DNA of 64,000 nt from a virus, in IMG/VR virus record IMGVR_UViG_3300037755_000757, positions 952 to 64,951 of that record, one strand, 5' to 3'. The notes under the pieces are model-generated. The model was not told where the DNA came from, searched no databases, and saw only the letters and a program-made list of their open reading frames with translations. Numbering within the stretch: position 1 is the stretch's first letter; each line of letters begins with the position of its first letter. The translations under genes and the position numbers were made by a program. Shown here one piece after another: positions 17,523 through 26,978 of this stretch.

Positions 17523-19553
17523 TTATCTTCCAAATTCGACGGTGTAGCCGCGATAAGTGTCTGGTCCCGTCGTTTCGACCACGACCTCATTTTTCTGGGT
17601 AGAGGAGAAACCGATGCCCGATAACTGCTGATCAGTTACCGCGCATCGGGTCTTATCCCCCAGAATTTCGAAGACCTTCCTGTGCTTGTTCAGGTCAGGT
17701 CTCAGGAATTCGTTGTATATTCCTCTCACTGGGAGGGGATTGCTGCATCCTTCAAGAACAAAGAACCAGTGTTTATTTCCAACAGGACTATCCCAATGGT
17801 TGGGGCTGAGAATAACGCTGTTAACCCGAACGTAATTCTGCGTTTTTAGCCCCCACTTCTCCTTGGGCGAACTACCAAAGATCACATGTTCACCCGGCTT
17901 GACTTCGACGACTCGCCTGTCTCTGACGATCACCGTAGCCACCTGAACGTCTCTGTCAACAATCTTCTCATATCTGAAACTGTGGATCCCTAAATCAGAC
18001 TCAATCTCCACCTCAAACCCAGGACTCGTACTCTCTCGCTGTCGATACTGATTCACCCAGATTTTGTACGTTCCGTCCTTGGTCAGTTGAGGCCACCTGA
18101 CATTCTCGACTGGTTCTCTGGTGACACCGGTTCCAGCATTCATGTCAACGTCAAGCAATCCATGTTTCGACCCATAGTAGATATGACGGCCGTCTGGCTC
18201 CATGACATGGATATCCAGATCGTCGTAGTTGGTCCACGTCAGGCTGACTCTCAGACTGACGTCATCTACTCGACCGCCAGCCTTTTTCACTCTTTCTTTA
18301 ATTGAGTCAGCAACGTTCCCATCATAGGACCACGCGAACCCATTGTTCCACTTGAACAGTGGGGTCGCGTGCTCATGCATAGGAGCCGTAATGCTAGCGA
18401 AATTGCCCAGGAGGGCATTATCCAGGAACAGGTGCAATCCGGTCGTACCAGGAAGAACATCGGAAATGAACTGGTCAATGCCGATCTTCTTCGTATCCTT
18501 GTCTTTTGGCCGAGCAGGTTTCACTTCCTCCATGAGGAGGTCTTGTATTGCGTCCTGGAGAGACGGGCGGACTGCACCATCAACATACAAGACGTTGTTC
18601 ACGGACACGTCACCGAAACGAGCATGTCTCCTTGACAGGCTCGGTTCCAGTTCTAACTCACGAATGGTTTTCATAGCCTGATCAACCATGCTCTTCGTAA
18701 TCAGAGACTTTGATCGCTTATAGTTGGTCGGTGCGACCTTGGACTCGTATAGCTTTACCGCCTTCTCTATATCCATGCCTTCCGATAAGTCTTGAACCAG
18801 CGTGCCAATCGCCGAATTCTTGAACCTTGCGGCAGAGCTACCGATATACGACCAAGTCGCTAACTTTCTGGGATGACCAGCATTTATGCCGAGGAGTACG
18901 GTCTGAACGCGAAGGAACTCCATCACGGGGCGAAGAAATTCTTGTCCCCGATAAATCGCGTTGTCCTCGATCAGATCAACAACGGTGTTAACCGCGTCTG
19001 GTGTGAACTCGTGCACAGATCTCCACAGAACGTCGAACGCTGTCCTGGCCTCACCCCGGCGAGCCTCAGCCATGTGATCAAGAAACTGAGACGGGGTAGC
19101 CACGTGGAAGTGATCCCAGCGTCGGACATTACCATCTATCATTTCTCTTGTGACTTCTGCACCATGATTGTGCTCCTTGGTCACGAAGATGTCTCGGATC
19201 TCGGCTGACTTGACGAATTCGGATAGCGCGTTGGCAACTGCCTGATAAGCGTCAGGCAGTCCCACAACATCCCAAACGGAGGCCATGGCTCCGTTCTGTA
19301 TTGCCACAACATTGCCGATCCGCTTAACGAACTGCCGACAGCATGAACAGTCGTGACAGGTTCGCACTCGAAATACTTGATTTGTTCCCTCCGGGAAAGA
19401 ACTCAAGTATTTATCCCATACCTCATCACGATCTATGTCAACAACGAATAGATGGTCGACCGACATCGTGTCAAACTGCCGCCTCACAGCAGCAGAAAAC
19501 AGGTGAAACTGACTGGTCACATCATAATCCTTCTTTGATATAGGCGGTCCCAC
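17523..19553 (-). CDS. large conserved phage protein with YfaP/DUF2135-like domain
   Basis: 'CHDCSCCRQF' N-terminus; 'RVSLTWTNYDDLDIHV...LDVDMNAG...PVENV'. Confidence 0.75.
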   Translation of the reverse strand: MGPPISKKDYDVTSQFHLFSAAVRRQFDTMSVDHLFVVDIDRDEVWDKYLSSFPEGTNQVFRVRTCHDCSCCRQFVKRIGNVVAIQNGAMASVWDVVGLPDAYQAVANALSEFVKSAEIRDIFVTKEHNHGAEVTREMIDGNVRRWDHFHVATPSQFLDHMAEARRGEARTAFDVLWRSVHEFTPDAVNTVVDLIEDNAIYRGQEFLRPVMEFLRVQTVLLGINAGHPRKLATWSYIGSSAARFKNSAIGTLVQDLSEGMDIEKAVKLYESKVAPTNYKRSKSLITKSMVDQAMKTIRELELEPSLSRRHARFGDVSVNNVLYVDGAVRPSLQDAIQDLLMEEVKPARPKDKDTKKIGIDQFISDVLPGTTGLHLFLDNALLGNFASITAPMHEHATPLFKWNNGFAWSYDGNVADSIKERVKKAGGRVDDVSLRVSLTWTNYDDLDIHVMEPDGRHIYYGSKHGLLDVDMNAGTGVTREPVENVRWPQLTKDGTYKIWVNQYRQRESTSPGFEVEIESDLGIHSFRYEKIVDRDVQVATVIVRDRRVVEVKPGEHVIFGSSPKEKWGLKTQNYVRVNSVILSPNHWDSPVGNKHWFFVLEGCSNPLPVRGIYNEFLRPDLNKHRKVFEILGDKTRCAVTDQQLSGIGFSSTQKNEVVVETTGPDTYRGYTVEFGR

Positions 19554-19767
19554 GACTTATGCCTTGATAAGGTTCATTCATGTCTGCTCTCTTATCAGCC
19601 ATGTCAATCGTCCTGCCGTAAGCCTCCAGATCTCCATGAATCCTCAGAGCATTCACGAATTCTCGTGATTGAACTTCTGACTTAAACGTGACAGTGATCT
19701 TGGTCACCGTCTTACGTTTGACAACATCAACTCGGCTCATTTCAAATCTTTCCCCACATTGTCGCAT
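19522..19767 (-). CDS. hypothetical protein
   Basis: Packed ORF. Confidence 0.5.
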   Translation of the reverse strand: MRQCGERFEMSRVDVVKRKTVTKITVTFKSEVQSREFVNALRIHGDLEAYGRTIDMADKRADMNEPYQGISRGTAYIKEGL

Positions 19768-20018
19768 GTCACGAACGGATCATTATCCTTGGCGCACCCG
19801 GCACAGAGTTCTCCTGTCATGATTACTATGCCGCAGACGCTGCATAGTGGATCAGCGAACAAACCCTCGTCACAATCCTTCCAGTAAATCCCGCACGACA
19901 TGCAATATGGTTCGTACTGTTCGTGAGCTGGAGCAGAACAAGTTCGACATCCTACAGCGTCGTCTTCCTGTTTTTCCAACTCAGCTTTTCGGATGTCGAA
20001 CTTGGGCATTAGAACCAA
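19737..20018 (-). CDS. Cys-rich (Zn-binding) hypothetical protein
   Basis: Several CxxC pairs. Confidence 0.55.
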   Translation of the reverse strand: MVLMPKFDIRKAELEKQEDDAVGCRTCSAPAHEQYEPYCMSCGIYWKDCDEGLFADPLCSVCGIVIMTGELCAGCAKDNDPFVTCDNVGKDLK

Positions 20019-20821
20019 ACTTTTCGACGAAACAGAACAGCTGGACCCTTGAGCGGCACGATGTCTTTTTCGGTCAGCTCTGGATCTTTACTCATGTAGA
20101 AAGCCGAGTGGAACTTGGAAGCATTGCGATTGACAGCAAGGTCTTTCAAGCCAGCATCCTCGTCCACGAGCATTTCGTATTCAGCTCCAGAAACAAGAGC
20201 CGGCACTCTCGCCAACGTCACCCCTTCGCCCAGGAAGAGGGCACACAGTCCGGATACAAGGTCGGGATCGGGTTCCTTGGGCCACCAGACCATGTTTCCA
20301 GCAATCATGCCGTCCGGATCGATGACCTCGTAGTGAGTTTCGTAACCACGCTCGCCGAGCTTGTAAGCCGTGTTGAGAGTCTGAACAAACTCAACGCGAG
20401 TGGTATTGCCGAAATTTCCTTCCGGAAACCTGCCCTTCTCATCGTTCCGTATGTTGCCCTCCATCATGAACTGGCCCGGCGATATTTCCGTGATGCGCCA
20501 GTTATCCAGGACCGCCTCTGAGCCAGAGTTGATAGCGGCCTGAAGAGCCACCGTGTACGGATCTTTGCCGAGGTTGAGGCTGGTGTTTCCCTCCTTGGCG
20601 ATAACCAAGCCGGAGTTCTTCAGAATATTCTTGAATCGGTCTACGCGTTTCATTGGTCTTGTCCTACTTCCTGGTTTCCTTGAATTATGATCAGCGCACA
20701 TATCACACATCGCGTACTCAGTCTGGTCGCGCTCAACCCAGACCATAGTTTCGGCAGGTCGCCCGCACGGAATATAGAAGTTCATCGAAAGCGTGGACGC
20801 TTCCTCACAGGTCGCCTTCAT
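20009..20821 (-). CDS. multi-domain hypothetical protein, C-terminal DUF3846-like
   Basis: 'MLVDEDAGLKDLAVNRNAS...LKGPAVLF'. Confidence 0.65.
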   Translation of the reverse strand: MKATCEEASTLSMNFYIPCGRPAETMVWVERDQTEYAMCDMCADHNSRKPGSRTRPMKRVDRFKNILKNSGLVIAKEGNTSLNLGKDPYTVALQAAINSGSEAVLDNWRITEISPGQFMMEGNIRNDEKGRFPEGNFGNTTRVEFVQTLNTAYKLGERGYETHYEVIDPDGMIAGNMVWWPKEPDPDLVSGLCALFLGEGVTLARVPALVSGAEYEMLVDEDAGLKDLAVNRNASKFHSAFYMSKDPELTEKDIVPLKGPAVLFRRKVWF

Positions 20822-21092
20822 CGTACTGTCCTGTTATGGGTTCCAGGTCGAGAGTTTGTTCACCTGTCTCGAGTCTGGAAATGGTGACTGCGGAAGTCTT
20901 TAACTCTTCAGCAACATATGTGAGAGTGAGACCGCTGTGCAACCTCAGTGCTCGCAGATAGCGACCAACCGCGAACCTGAGTATTCCTCGCTCTTTCTTT
21001 ACGGGAGACCGATCATGTCGTACTGGCGATCCAGCAGGGCCATTTCCTGATGGTCCTGTTCTTCTTCCGCTTTTCTCCACCTTCTCCTCCAT
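20805..21092 (-). CDS. XRE/Cro-type HTH protein
   Basis: 'LRALRLHSGLTLTYVAEELKTSAVTISRLETGEQ'. Confidence 0.75.
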   Translation of the reverse strand: MEEKVEKSGRRTGPSGNGPAGSPVRHDRSPVKKERGILRFAVGRYLRALRLHSGLTLTYVAEELKTSAVTISRLETGEQTLDLEPITGQYDEGDL

Positions 21093-21114
21093 TCCCCGAG
21101 CTCTAATCTATATC

Positions 21115-21630
21115 TCAGCTCGTTTTTCGCCTGACTGTTAAGATGTTCACTAGTTTTGATTTCAATAACGTTGGAAGTCCTAACAACCGCAGATACCACT
21201 TACTCTTCTCCTTCGCACGCTGAACTCTGTGGTACATATCTCTCAAATCCTCAGCAAGCAGACCTCCGCATATCTCCTTATTTGAACAGTTGATCGCACC
21301 AGTGTCGTACTCCTGGTGGAAATACTCGCAGCCGTGTCCGCAGTCTACGGCGTCAGCAGCTTCCAACAAGAAGTCGCAATCGCCGTAGGCCAGAAACCAG
21401 CTTTGATCCCTGAGGACCGAGTACTGTTGATAAAAGGCTTCGGCCGAGCTCTTGTGCCTGTCCACGCGATCTAGAAGATTCGCTGTCATCACCAGGAACT
21501 TCTCCAGTTCCTGCTCTGTAGCTCCAGCCCGGTTCAGCACCCTCGTGGCTTCCAGATAACAATCGTCAGTGGACATGCAACTCTCCGACAAGCTTTTCTG
21601 CTTTATGAATGACAGCCATCCTGGGATCAT
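21115..21630 (-). CDS. hypothetical protein (Cys motifs)
   Basis: Packed ORF. Confidence 0.55.
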   Translation of the reverse strand: MIPGWLSFIKQKSLSESCMSTDDCYLEATRVLNRAGATEQELEKFLVMTANLLDRVDRHKSSAEAFYQQYSVLRDQSWFLAYGDCDFLLEAADAVDCGHGCEYFHQEYDTGAINCSNKEICGGLLAEDLRDMYHRVQRAKEKSKWYLRLLGLPTLLKSKLVNILTVRRKTS

Positions 21631-21982
21631 TATCTTCCCAGTCTATGGGCGAGAACAAATAGTATCGCTTCAGAACTTCGAAGAATTCCGGATACCCAAG
21701 CATCAACCGCACGAGCTCCTCGTTAGGCTCTATCCAGTTGCCACGCTGAATCATGGTTGTCAGGTGGAGGTGAACGTTTGGGAACGAGCGCTGGAGCTCG
21801 GCCAGACTCCTGGGCGAACCAGACGCGAGCTGATATACTCGTTCTCCGTCCCACACCACGTAGTAGCCCAGGAAGTTGTCGGCGTCCACCCAATGAACAA
21901 GCCTCACGGCGTGCGATATCATGAGAGCCTCCGAACTTCTGCCTCGTCCATTTTTCCGAACGAGGCGAGCATGGCTCGGCAC
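21566..21982 (-). CDS. hypothetical protein
   Basis: Packed ORF. Confidence 0.55.
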   Translation of the reverse strand: MPSHARLVRKNGRGRSSEALMISHAVRLVHWVDADNFLGYYVVWDGERVYQLASGSPRSLAELQRSFPNVHLHLTTMIQRGNWIEPNEELVRLMLGYPEFFEVLKRYYLFSPIDWEDNDPRMAVIHKAEKLVGELHVH

Positions 21983-22167
21983 CTTTCCATGTCGCGGCGT
22001 ATCTGCGGGCTATGGTCGCGGCAATCTCTCAAAACCTGTTCCCACTTGCGAAGGGCGCAGCGGATATTCGACAGATCCTGCTTGTCTAAAATTAAATTTT
22101 CCATTGTGGTCCCCTTTTGATTGCTGCGGGAAGCAACATGCTCCCCGCAACAGTTAAATGCTACCAT
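21919..22167 (-). CDS. hypothetical protein (start probably 22104)
   Basis: AAAAGGGGACC RBS before MENLILDK. Confidence 0.55.
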   Translation of the reverse strand: MVAFNCCGEHVASRSNQKGTTMENLILDKQDLSNIRCALRKWEQVLRDCRDHSPQIRRDMERCRAMLASFGKMDEAEVRRLS

Positions 22168-22170
22168 GCA

Positions 22171-22485
22171 CTAGGGCATTTGACCAGTATCTGCTTTCAA
22201 TTTTGCTGCAAGCTCACGCATAATATGCGCCGCGTCTGGCTCGTATCCCATGCTGGACCTTGGCCTCAGCAAGAGGACGAGGTCCCTCACTGTGTCAAAC
22301 GCCTCAGCTTTGATGGATAAAAGTTCCACCTGCCTGCGAAGGCGATCTATAGTTTCAGCACCCTTTTCCAGGGCTTCAATCACATTTTTGTTGCTCATCT
22401 CGGTGCCGGAAATCCTGCCAGAAATATCAGAAACAGAAACGCGATAAACAGTGCAATGATTGCTGCGTTCTTCATTTTTCCTCAC
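22171..22485 (-). CDS. coiled-coil hypothetical protein
   Basis: Packed ORF. Confidence 0.55.
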   Translation of the reverse strand: MRKNEERSNHCTVYRVSVSDISGRISGTEMSNKNVIEALEKGAETIDRLRRQVELLSIKAEAFDTVRDLVLLLRPRSSMGYEPDAAHIMRELAAKLKADTGQMP

Positions 22486-22837
22486 ACGTTGTTGAAGTTA
22501 TCTTCCCCTTGGAAGCAGTGATCATGCACAGACCGCCGATTCTAGGGGCCAAAGTAATCTGACGGCCGTCTGCCACCACGAGTGTGACAGAGCTGTCAAC
22601 CTTGTTTGACAGGTATATTGATACGGTCTTCGCAGTCCTCCTCCAGTGCTCGTGCTTCTCTTTGAATTGAACCCATACGTCACCGTTCAGTACTCTGTAT
22701 CGCTCTATGAAAGAGATTTCCGATATTCCGTCAACCTCCTTCACCATCCTCTCCTCGTACGTCGTGACGTACACCACGTATAGGAGAACTGCCAGGATGA
22801 AGAACGATCCTAGCCCGATGTACTGACGTGTCTTCAT
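22472..22837 (-). CDS. membrane-anchored hypothetical protein
   Basis: N-terminal TM helix. Confidence 0.65.
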   Translation of the reverse strand: MKTRQYIGLGSFFILAVLLYVVYVTTYEERMVKEVDGISEISFIERYRVLNGDVWVQFKEKHEHWRRTAKTVSIYLSNKVDSSVTLVVADGRQITLAPRIGGLCMITASKGKITSTTCEEK

Positions 22838-22843
22838 GACAAT

Positions 22844-22874
22844 AAAAAAGGAGCGGTTTTTGGCCGCTCCCTTT
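22844..22874 (-). terminator. rho-independent terminator after the porin gene
   Basis: GGAGCGG/CCGCTCC stem followed by T6 on the minus strand. Confidence 0.8.
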
Positions 22875-22904
22875 CTCCAATGTTGAACTTACTTGATCAG
22901 CCTG

Positions 22905-23612
22905 CTACATTCTGTAACGAAGAGTCACCACCCCACGGATAGCGTCCGAGTCCTCGAACACTTCGTCAAGGCCGTCGTCTGCATCACGGAGCCAGAGATA
23001 ATCCACGCCGAGATCGAGTGAGACATTGTCACGAAGCATCGTTTCGACGCCGCCCCCGGTGACCCACGCCTGAACATCTGCATTACCATCAAGGACTTCA
23101 GAAGACCACTTCTGCCACTCGTGACCAAACTTGGCATAGAGCAGCGTCGTGTTCTCCACGACCAGACCACCCTTCAGACCGCAGCCGAACTGATGCTCCT
23201 TGCGGAAGATCTCGACTTCGCCACCGATACCGAAGCCTTCAACAGTCGTGTCCACGTTGCTCCAAGCGCCGTTGCAGTAAGCGCCGATGCGACCGTTGCC
23301 ATAGCCGTTGAGATAGTCAATTTCGCCGCCGAGGTTGAAACCGTCAGCAGAAAGACCACGAACATTCCCACCGGGGTGAGTGTGACCACCATGAGGAATA
23401 TCGGGAACATTGAGCTGAAGCACGTCATGCTCAATAGCACCCTGGACACCGATACCGAATCCGATGAAGTGAGTCTTGTACTCGTCCACATCAGTGGGAT
23501 TGCCGTAACGCGGAGGCGGATCAAGCCGGTTGGTCCGATTGTCGAGATCAGCAGCATCAGCACCACTCACGAAGAGAGCCATGACGGCCCCCGCTGTAAA
23601 AAGTCTCTTCAT
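22905..23612 (-). CDS. outer-membrane beta-barrel protein, Omp25/Omp31/RopB-like
   Basis: Signal peptide ending A-D-A|ADL, alternating beta strands, C-terminal aromatic 'VVTLRYRM'. Confidence 0.8.
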   Translation of the reverse strand: MKRLFTAGAVMALFVSGADAADLDNRTNRLDPPPRYGNPTDVDEYKTHFIGFGIGVQGAIEHDVLQLNVPDIPHGGHTHPGGNVRGLSADGFNLGGEIDYLNGYGNGRIGAYCNGAWSNVDTTVEGFGIGGEVEIFRKEHQFGCGLKGGLVVENTTLLYAKFGHEWQKWSSEVLDGNADVQAWVTGGGVETMLRDNVSLDLGVDYLWLRDADDGLDEVFEDSDAIRGVVTLRYRM

Positions 23613-23633
23613 GTTAGTCTCCTAGATTAAGAT

Positions 23634-23659
23634 GCCGCTAGGCGGGATTGCCTAGCGGC
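23634..23659 (-). promoter_or_regulatory. 10 bp hairpin just upstream of the porin RBS (5' UTR stabiliser or terminator)
   Basis: GCCGCTAGGC-gggatt-GCCTAGCGGC. Confidence 0.5.
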
Positions 23660-24028
23660 GCAGACACTTTAATTATTCATCCCGCATTCCTCCGTTCCGG
23701 AGTAAAACTCACACACCCATACAGGGTTCAATCCTCAAACCTTTAGCCGTTCTGAAAAGTCGAGATATCCCTACATGTTGGCCTCCACCGTTACGACCCT
23801 TGTCGCATCGCTACCACGCCTTGACAACGTGTATGCCAAAGGTACGCGCGCGGGGCTCTTGAGAACAGCCCCTAATTGTCATTTTTATCAGCGCTGTGGC
23901 TTTTGAGCCACTGCTCCACCACGGACGGTGAAATTACTAACGCGAGCTCGTCTTCAGCCACACGACCCACCAATTCTTGGTGATAGTTGGCCTTCTTCCC
24001 GATCACGGCAATCTTGCCATTTCCAAGA

Positions 24029-24334
24029 TCAACGATTTCCGCCACGGCTTTTCTCCAATGATTCTATTCGCTTGTTCACGTCCGCCACCCACCTACGAAA
24101 GAAACTACGCCTCACTTCGTCGCGAGCGTGCTCCGCAGTCGCAGCGAAGGCCAGCCTCTCCTCCTTGGGCGCTAGGGGACCGCCGCAGCAACTGAAGTCT
24201 GGACAGCACTCGCCGTCCTCCTTGTTCTTTCCAAACGAGCCGTTCGGTGCCCAAGGATTGTGCCACGGTCTTCCAGCGACCCACTCCTCAAGCTGATAGT
24301 TGCTCGCTTCTCTGTAACCTTCAAATTCCGGCAT
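24029..24334 (-). CDS. conserved phage protein (ECCPDFSCC motif)
   Basis: 'WVAGRPWHN...GECCPDFSCC'. Confidence 0.7.
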   Translation of the reverse strand: MPEFEGYREASNYQLEEWVAGRPWHNPWAPNGSFGKNKEDGECCPDFSCCGGPLAPKEERLAFAATAEHARDEVRRSFFRRWVADVNKRIESLEKSRGGNR

Positions 24335-24764
24335 GAGCCAGTCTCCTAAACTCTATGTTGGACGGGGCACGGCACGAGTCAAAGTAATAGGCTGACATGA
24401 TCAGCATGTTTGCTACAAAATCTAGTTCCATCAAGAAGGCTGTGAATATGGCCAGAAGCAGCCACAAGATGCGAAAGTATCTGTCTACACTACTCGGCAA
24501 ATTTTCCTTTCCGTTCAACCATCTCTGATGTTTTTCCTGGCATCTGTCCATCAAGAACCATCCGCCAAGCGAGAAAATTATCAGTCCGAGAAGAATAGCT
24601 GGATGAGGATACTTCGTTACGAAGTACACATTCATGATCGCTGTTCCTCCCAAGAAGCAGTGATATGCCAGAGTCCAGGGAGACACATCGTCTCTGTATG
24701 TGAACACCGCGTCGCTGATCCACTGGTACTTAGACTGGATGAAATCGTCTATTCGGTCTATCAT
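24321..24764 (-). CDS. multi-pass membrane protein
   Basis: 3-4 hydrophobic helices. Confidence 0.7.
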   Translation of the reverse strand: MIDRIDDFIQSKYQWISDAVFTYRDDVSPWTLAYHCFLGGTAIMNVYFVTKYPHPAILLGLIIFSLGGWFLMDRCQEKHQRWLNGKENLPSSVDRYFRILWLLLAIFTAFLMELDFVANMLIMSAYYFDSCRAPSNIEFRRLAHAGI

Positions 24765-25027
24765 AAGTCAAGTTTCCCCTGAATATACGGGCCGTCAACG
24801 GTTTCTATCTTATCAAAACCTTTTGTGAATTGGAAATAGGAAACAAGGACCTTATTGGCCCTTGTGCGATGGAGACTCATGTAAGCATAGATCTCTTTTT
24901 CTCCCCAACCTAGATCAAAGATGTTGAGAAGTAAGGGTGGAGGTTCAGTTATGTGCCATACTGAACCTCCACCCTCAGCTCTAAAACCGACATTCGCTTT
25001 CGTCACTCTGAAGACTTGTGGACGCAT
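24761..25027 (-). CDS. hypothetical protein
   Basis: Packed ORF. Confidence 0.55.
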   Translation of the reverse strand: MRPQVFRVTKANVGFRAEGGGSVWHITEPPPLLLNIFDLGWGEKEIYAYMSLHRTRANKVLVSYFQFTKGFDKIETVDGPYIQGKLDL

Positions 25028-25245
25028 TTCGGGACACCATCGATCATGTTTGAGCAGATTACCCAGACCGGTTGCTTCTTTTCGGAAGTTTGTTGAATCA
25101 TGACCTTCACTTCAACGGATTTTCCTTGCTGACTCCAGTAGTCCCTGATTATGTTCGCGAGTTCGTCGTTGAATTCTCGCTCGCCCATCTTCTCCAGATA
25201 CAGCATCTTTTTACCAAGATCCTGCTGACGCTCATAGTATCCCAC
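25003..25245 (-). CDS. hypothetical protein
   Basis: Packed ORF. Confidence 0.55.
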   Translation of the reverse strand: MGYYERQQDLGKKMLYLEKMGEREFNDELANIIRDYWSQQGKSVEVKVMIQQTSEKKQPVWVICSNMIDGVPKCVHKSSE

Positions 25246-25756
25246 GCATTCTCTCCCACTCTTGTTTAAGGAAGGCGACTGCGTCTTCCTTATTCTTACT
25301 CACGTTATACCAGCGATTGCGACCAGAGGGATGCGGCAGTATGGACCAAGAGAACGGAGGTCGTCTGTCTCCGGCGTTCCAACCAACGGATCCGTAATTA
25401 GGGATTCGTTCCCCTGGATCATCGACCCATTTCAGGAAATCACGCGGTGATGGGACAATCCCGAAGCATTGCGCCACGTTCACGCCCAGGAGGATAACCC
25501 GTCGCCCTCGCAGGAGCGACGCTCCCAAATTTGACGCCGCAGGCATCCAGTCAGCGACTGGAATCGTGGATTCTTGCGCGAACGGGCACAGATTGATCCG
25601 GTCAAACGCCTTCATGTATTCGTATTTGCCGACTCCGATCATGTCTGCGATTTTTCTGCCTGTCGACTGAGGAGAGACGGCCGACAGCGGCTGCCCCTCC
25701 TCTCCTGGGCGAGCCGGTGCGATACCGACGATAACTGTCTTCACCAGTTCCTCCAT
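25232..25756 (-). CDS. uracil-DNA glycosylase-superfamily-like protein
   Basis: 'IVGIAP' (motif A-like), 'RVILLG', 'LPHPSGRNRWYN' (motif B HPS). Confidence 0.65.
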   Translation of the reverse strand: MEELVKTVIVGIAPARPGEEGQPLSAVSPQSTGRKIADMIGVGKYEYMKAFDRINLCPFAQESTIPVADWMPAASNLGASLLRGRRVILLGVNVAQCFGIVPSPRDFLKWVDDPGERIPNYGSVGWNAGDRRPPFSWSILPHPSGRNRWYNVSKNKEDAVAFLKQEWERMRGIL

Positions 25757-25974
25757 CCGGTACGCTTTATCTTCCGAATAGTCATGGCCCCTTTGTCATT
25801 CACAGTCAGACTGATCTCCATGAACGCCTTGAACTTGTTCCCCATGATAGTCTTCATTCGTTCTGGAACCTGATGCTCCTTAATGAAGTACGTTTGTCCG
25901 GTCTTCGGATACAGCATCCAGTGCCTGTTCGGGTCAGTGGTAGTCATGGGCTTCTGCACTTTGAAGATTGTCAT
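25741..25974 (-). CDS. hypothetical protein
   Basis: Packed ORF. Confidence 0.55.
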   Translation of the reverse strand: MTIFKVQKPMTTTDPNRHWMLYPKTGQTYFIKEHQVPERMKTIMGNKFKAFMEISLTVNDKGAMTIRKIKRTGWRNW

Positions 25975-26978
25975 ACCTTGATGCGCTCCATATTGAGCTG
26001 AGACCTGAACGCGTCCACAGAGGCGTTTGGTTCTCCTTCAACCAGCCCCCAGATCTCCTTCCATTCAGACTCCTTCATCATGAGCATGACTCTTCGCTCT
26101 TCTGAACTCTCTATCATGTAGCGATTGAAGAAGGACTTCACCTGAGCCATGACATAGCCGTCGTGTGATACCGATTCCTGAACTGTCTTTGTGAAAACGT
26201 CTCCAGACAAATAGTAATCATCAAAGCTGAGAGTACCTTCAAAGGTTTTGTTCTCGTTTGCCGTGATGATGATTTGGATAAGGTCTGGATCCTTAAGCTT
26301 CATTACAGCTTCGGAAATATATCTCTTGACCGTGTACTCGCTACCAGGAGTTCTATCCTCAGTGAGAGGAAGAAATTTCGTGATATTGTAGGTGTAAATC
26401 GAAGGACGCGGCAGGGTCATGCAGCGAATGCCGCGATAGTACAGGTAGCTTGACTGTCCGGAGTAGAATTCTACGCCTTCTGACTCCGCCCTTCGAGTCA
26501 GACTCTGATCCAAGAAAACCTTGCCTTTGCTGCTGTGGAGTTTGATCATCTCTGGATGATCAATATACATGCGAGTCACCCCTTCAGTAGGAGTAGATAA
26601 CGGCCCGACTGTGGTCGTCCCGTTCTCATCGCGAGTGTTAGACTCCAACTCACGGTAAGCCTGCCAGAAGTCCCAGTTCTTACCCAAGTCAGTAGTGAAC
26701 GGAAGCTCTCCCAGTCTCTTCTGACCGACGAGCCAGCAGATACGCTCAATCTCCTGTCCACGGAAATCGCGTTTGTCTTTATAGAAAGACCACCGAGTCT
26801 TGCCAATGTCAATGTAGACCTGAGCATCATTTCGGAGAAGCACTGCTATCGCGTATTTCAGTCCTGTCCCAAAGTATCCAATCGGGCTGTCCGTATTCGG
26901 CTTGGCAGTCACACCGAATGTCGTAAACGCGATAGGGTCAATTTCACTGTCAGTCTTAAAGATGACGTACTCAGTCAT
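25971..26978 (-). CDS. GHKL (Hsp90/MutL-like) ATPase-related protein
   Basis: 'FGVTAK...IGYFGTGLKYAIAVLLR' and 'AYRELESNTRDE'. Confidence 0.65.
   Translation of the reverse strand: MTEYVIFKTDSEIDPIAFTTFGVTAKPNTDSPIGYFGTGLKYAIAVLLRNDAQVYIDIGKTRWSFYKDKRDFRGQEIERICWLVGQKRLGELPFTTDLGKNWDFWQAYRELESNTRDENGTTTVGPLSTPTEGVTRMYIDHPEMIKLHSSKGKVFLDQSLTRRAESEGVEFYSGQSSYLYYRGIRCMTLPRPSIYTYNITKFLPLTEDRTPGSEYTVKRYISEAVMKLKDPDLIQIIITANENKTFEGTLSFDDYYLSGDVFTKTVQESVSHDGYVMAQVKSFFNRYMIESSEERRVMLMMKESEWKEIWGLVEGEPNASVDAFRSQLNMERIKV

Noticed and set aside
23830-23930. tRNA or other known ncRNA in the hairpin-rich gap
   Set aside because: Two short hairpins only; no cloverleaf, T-loop GTTC or CCA end
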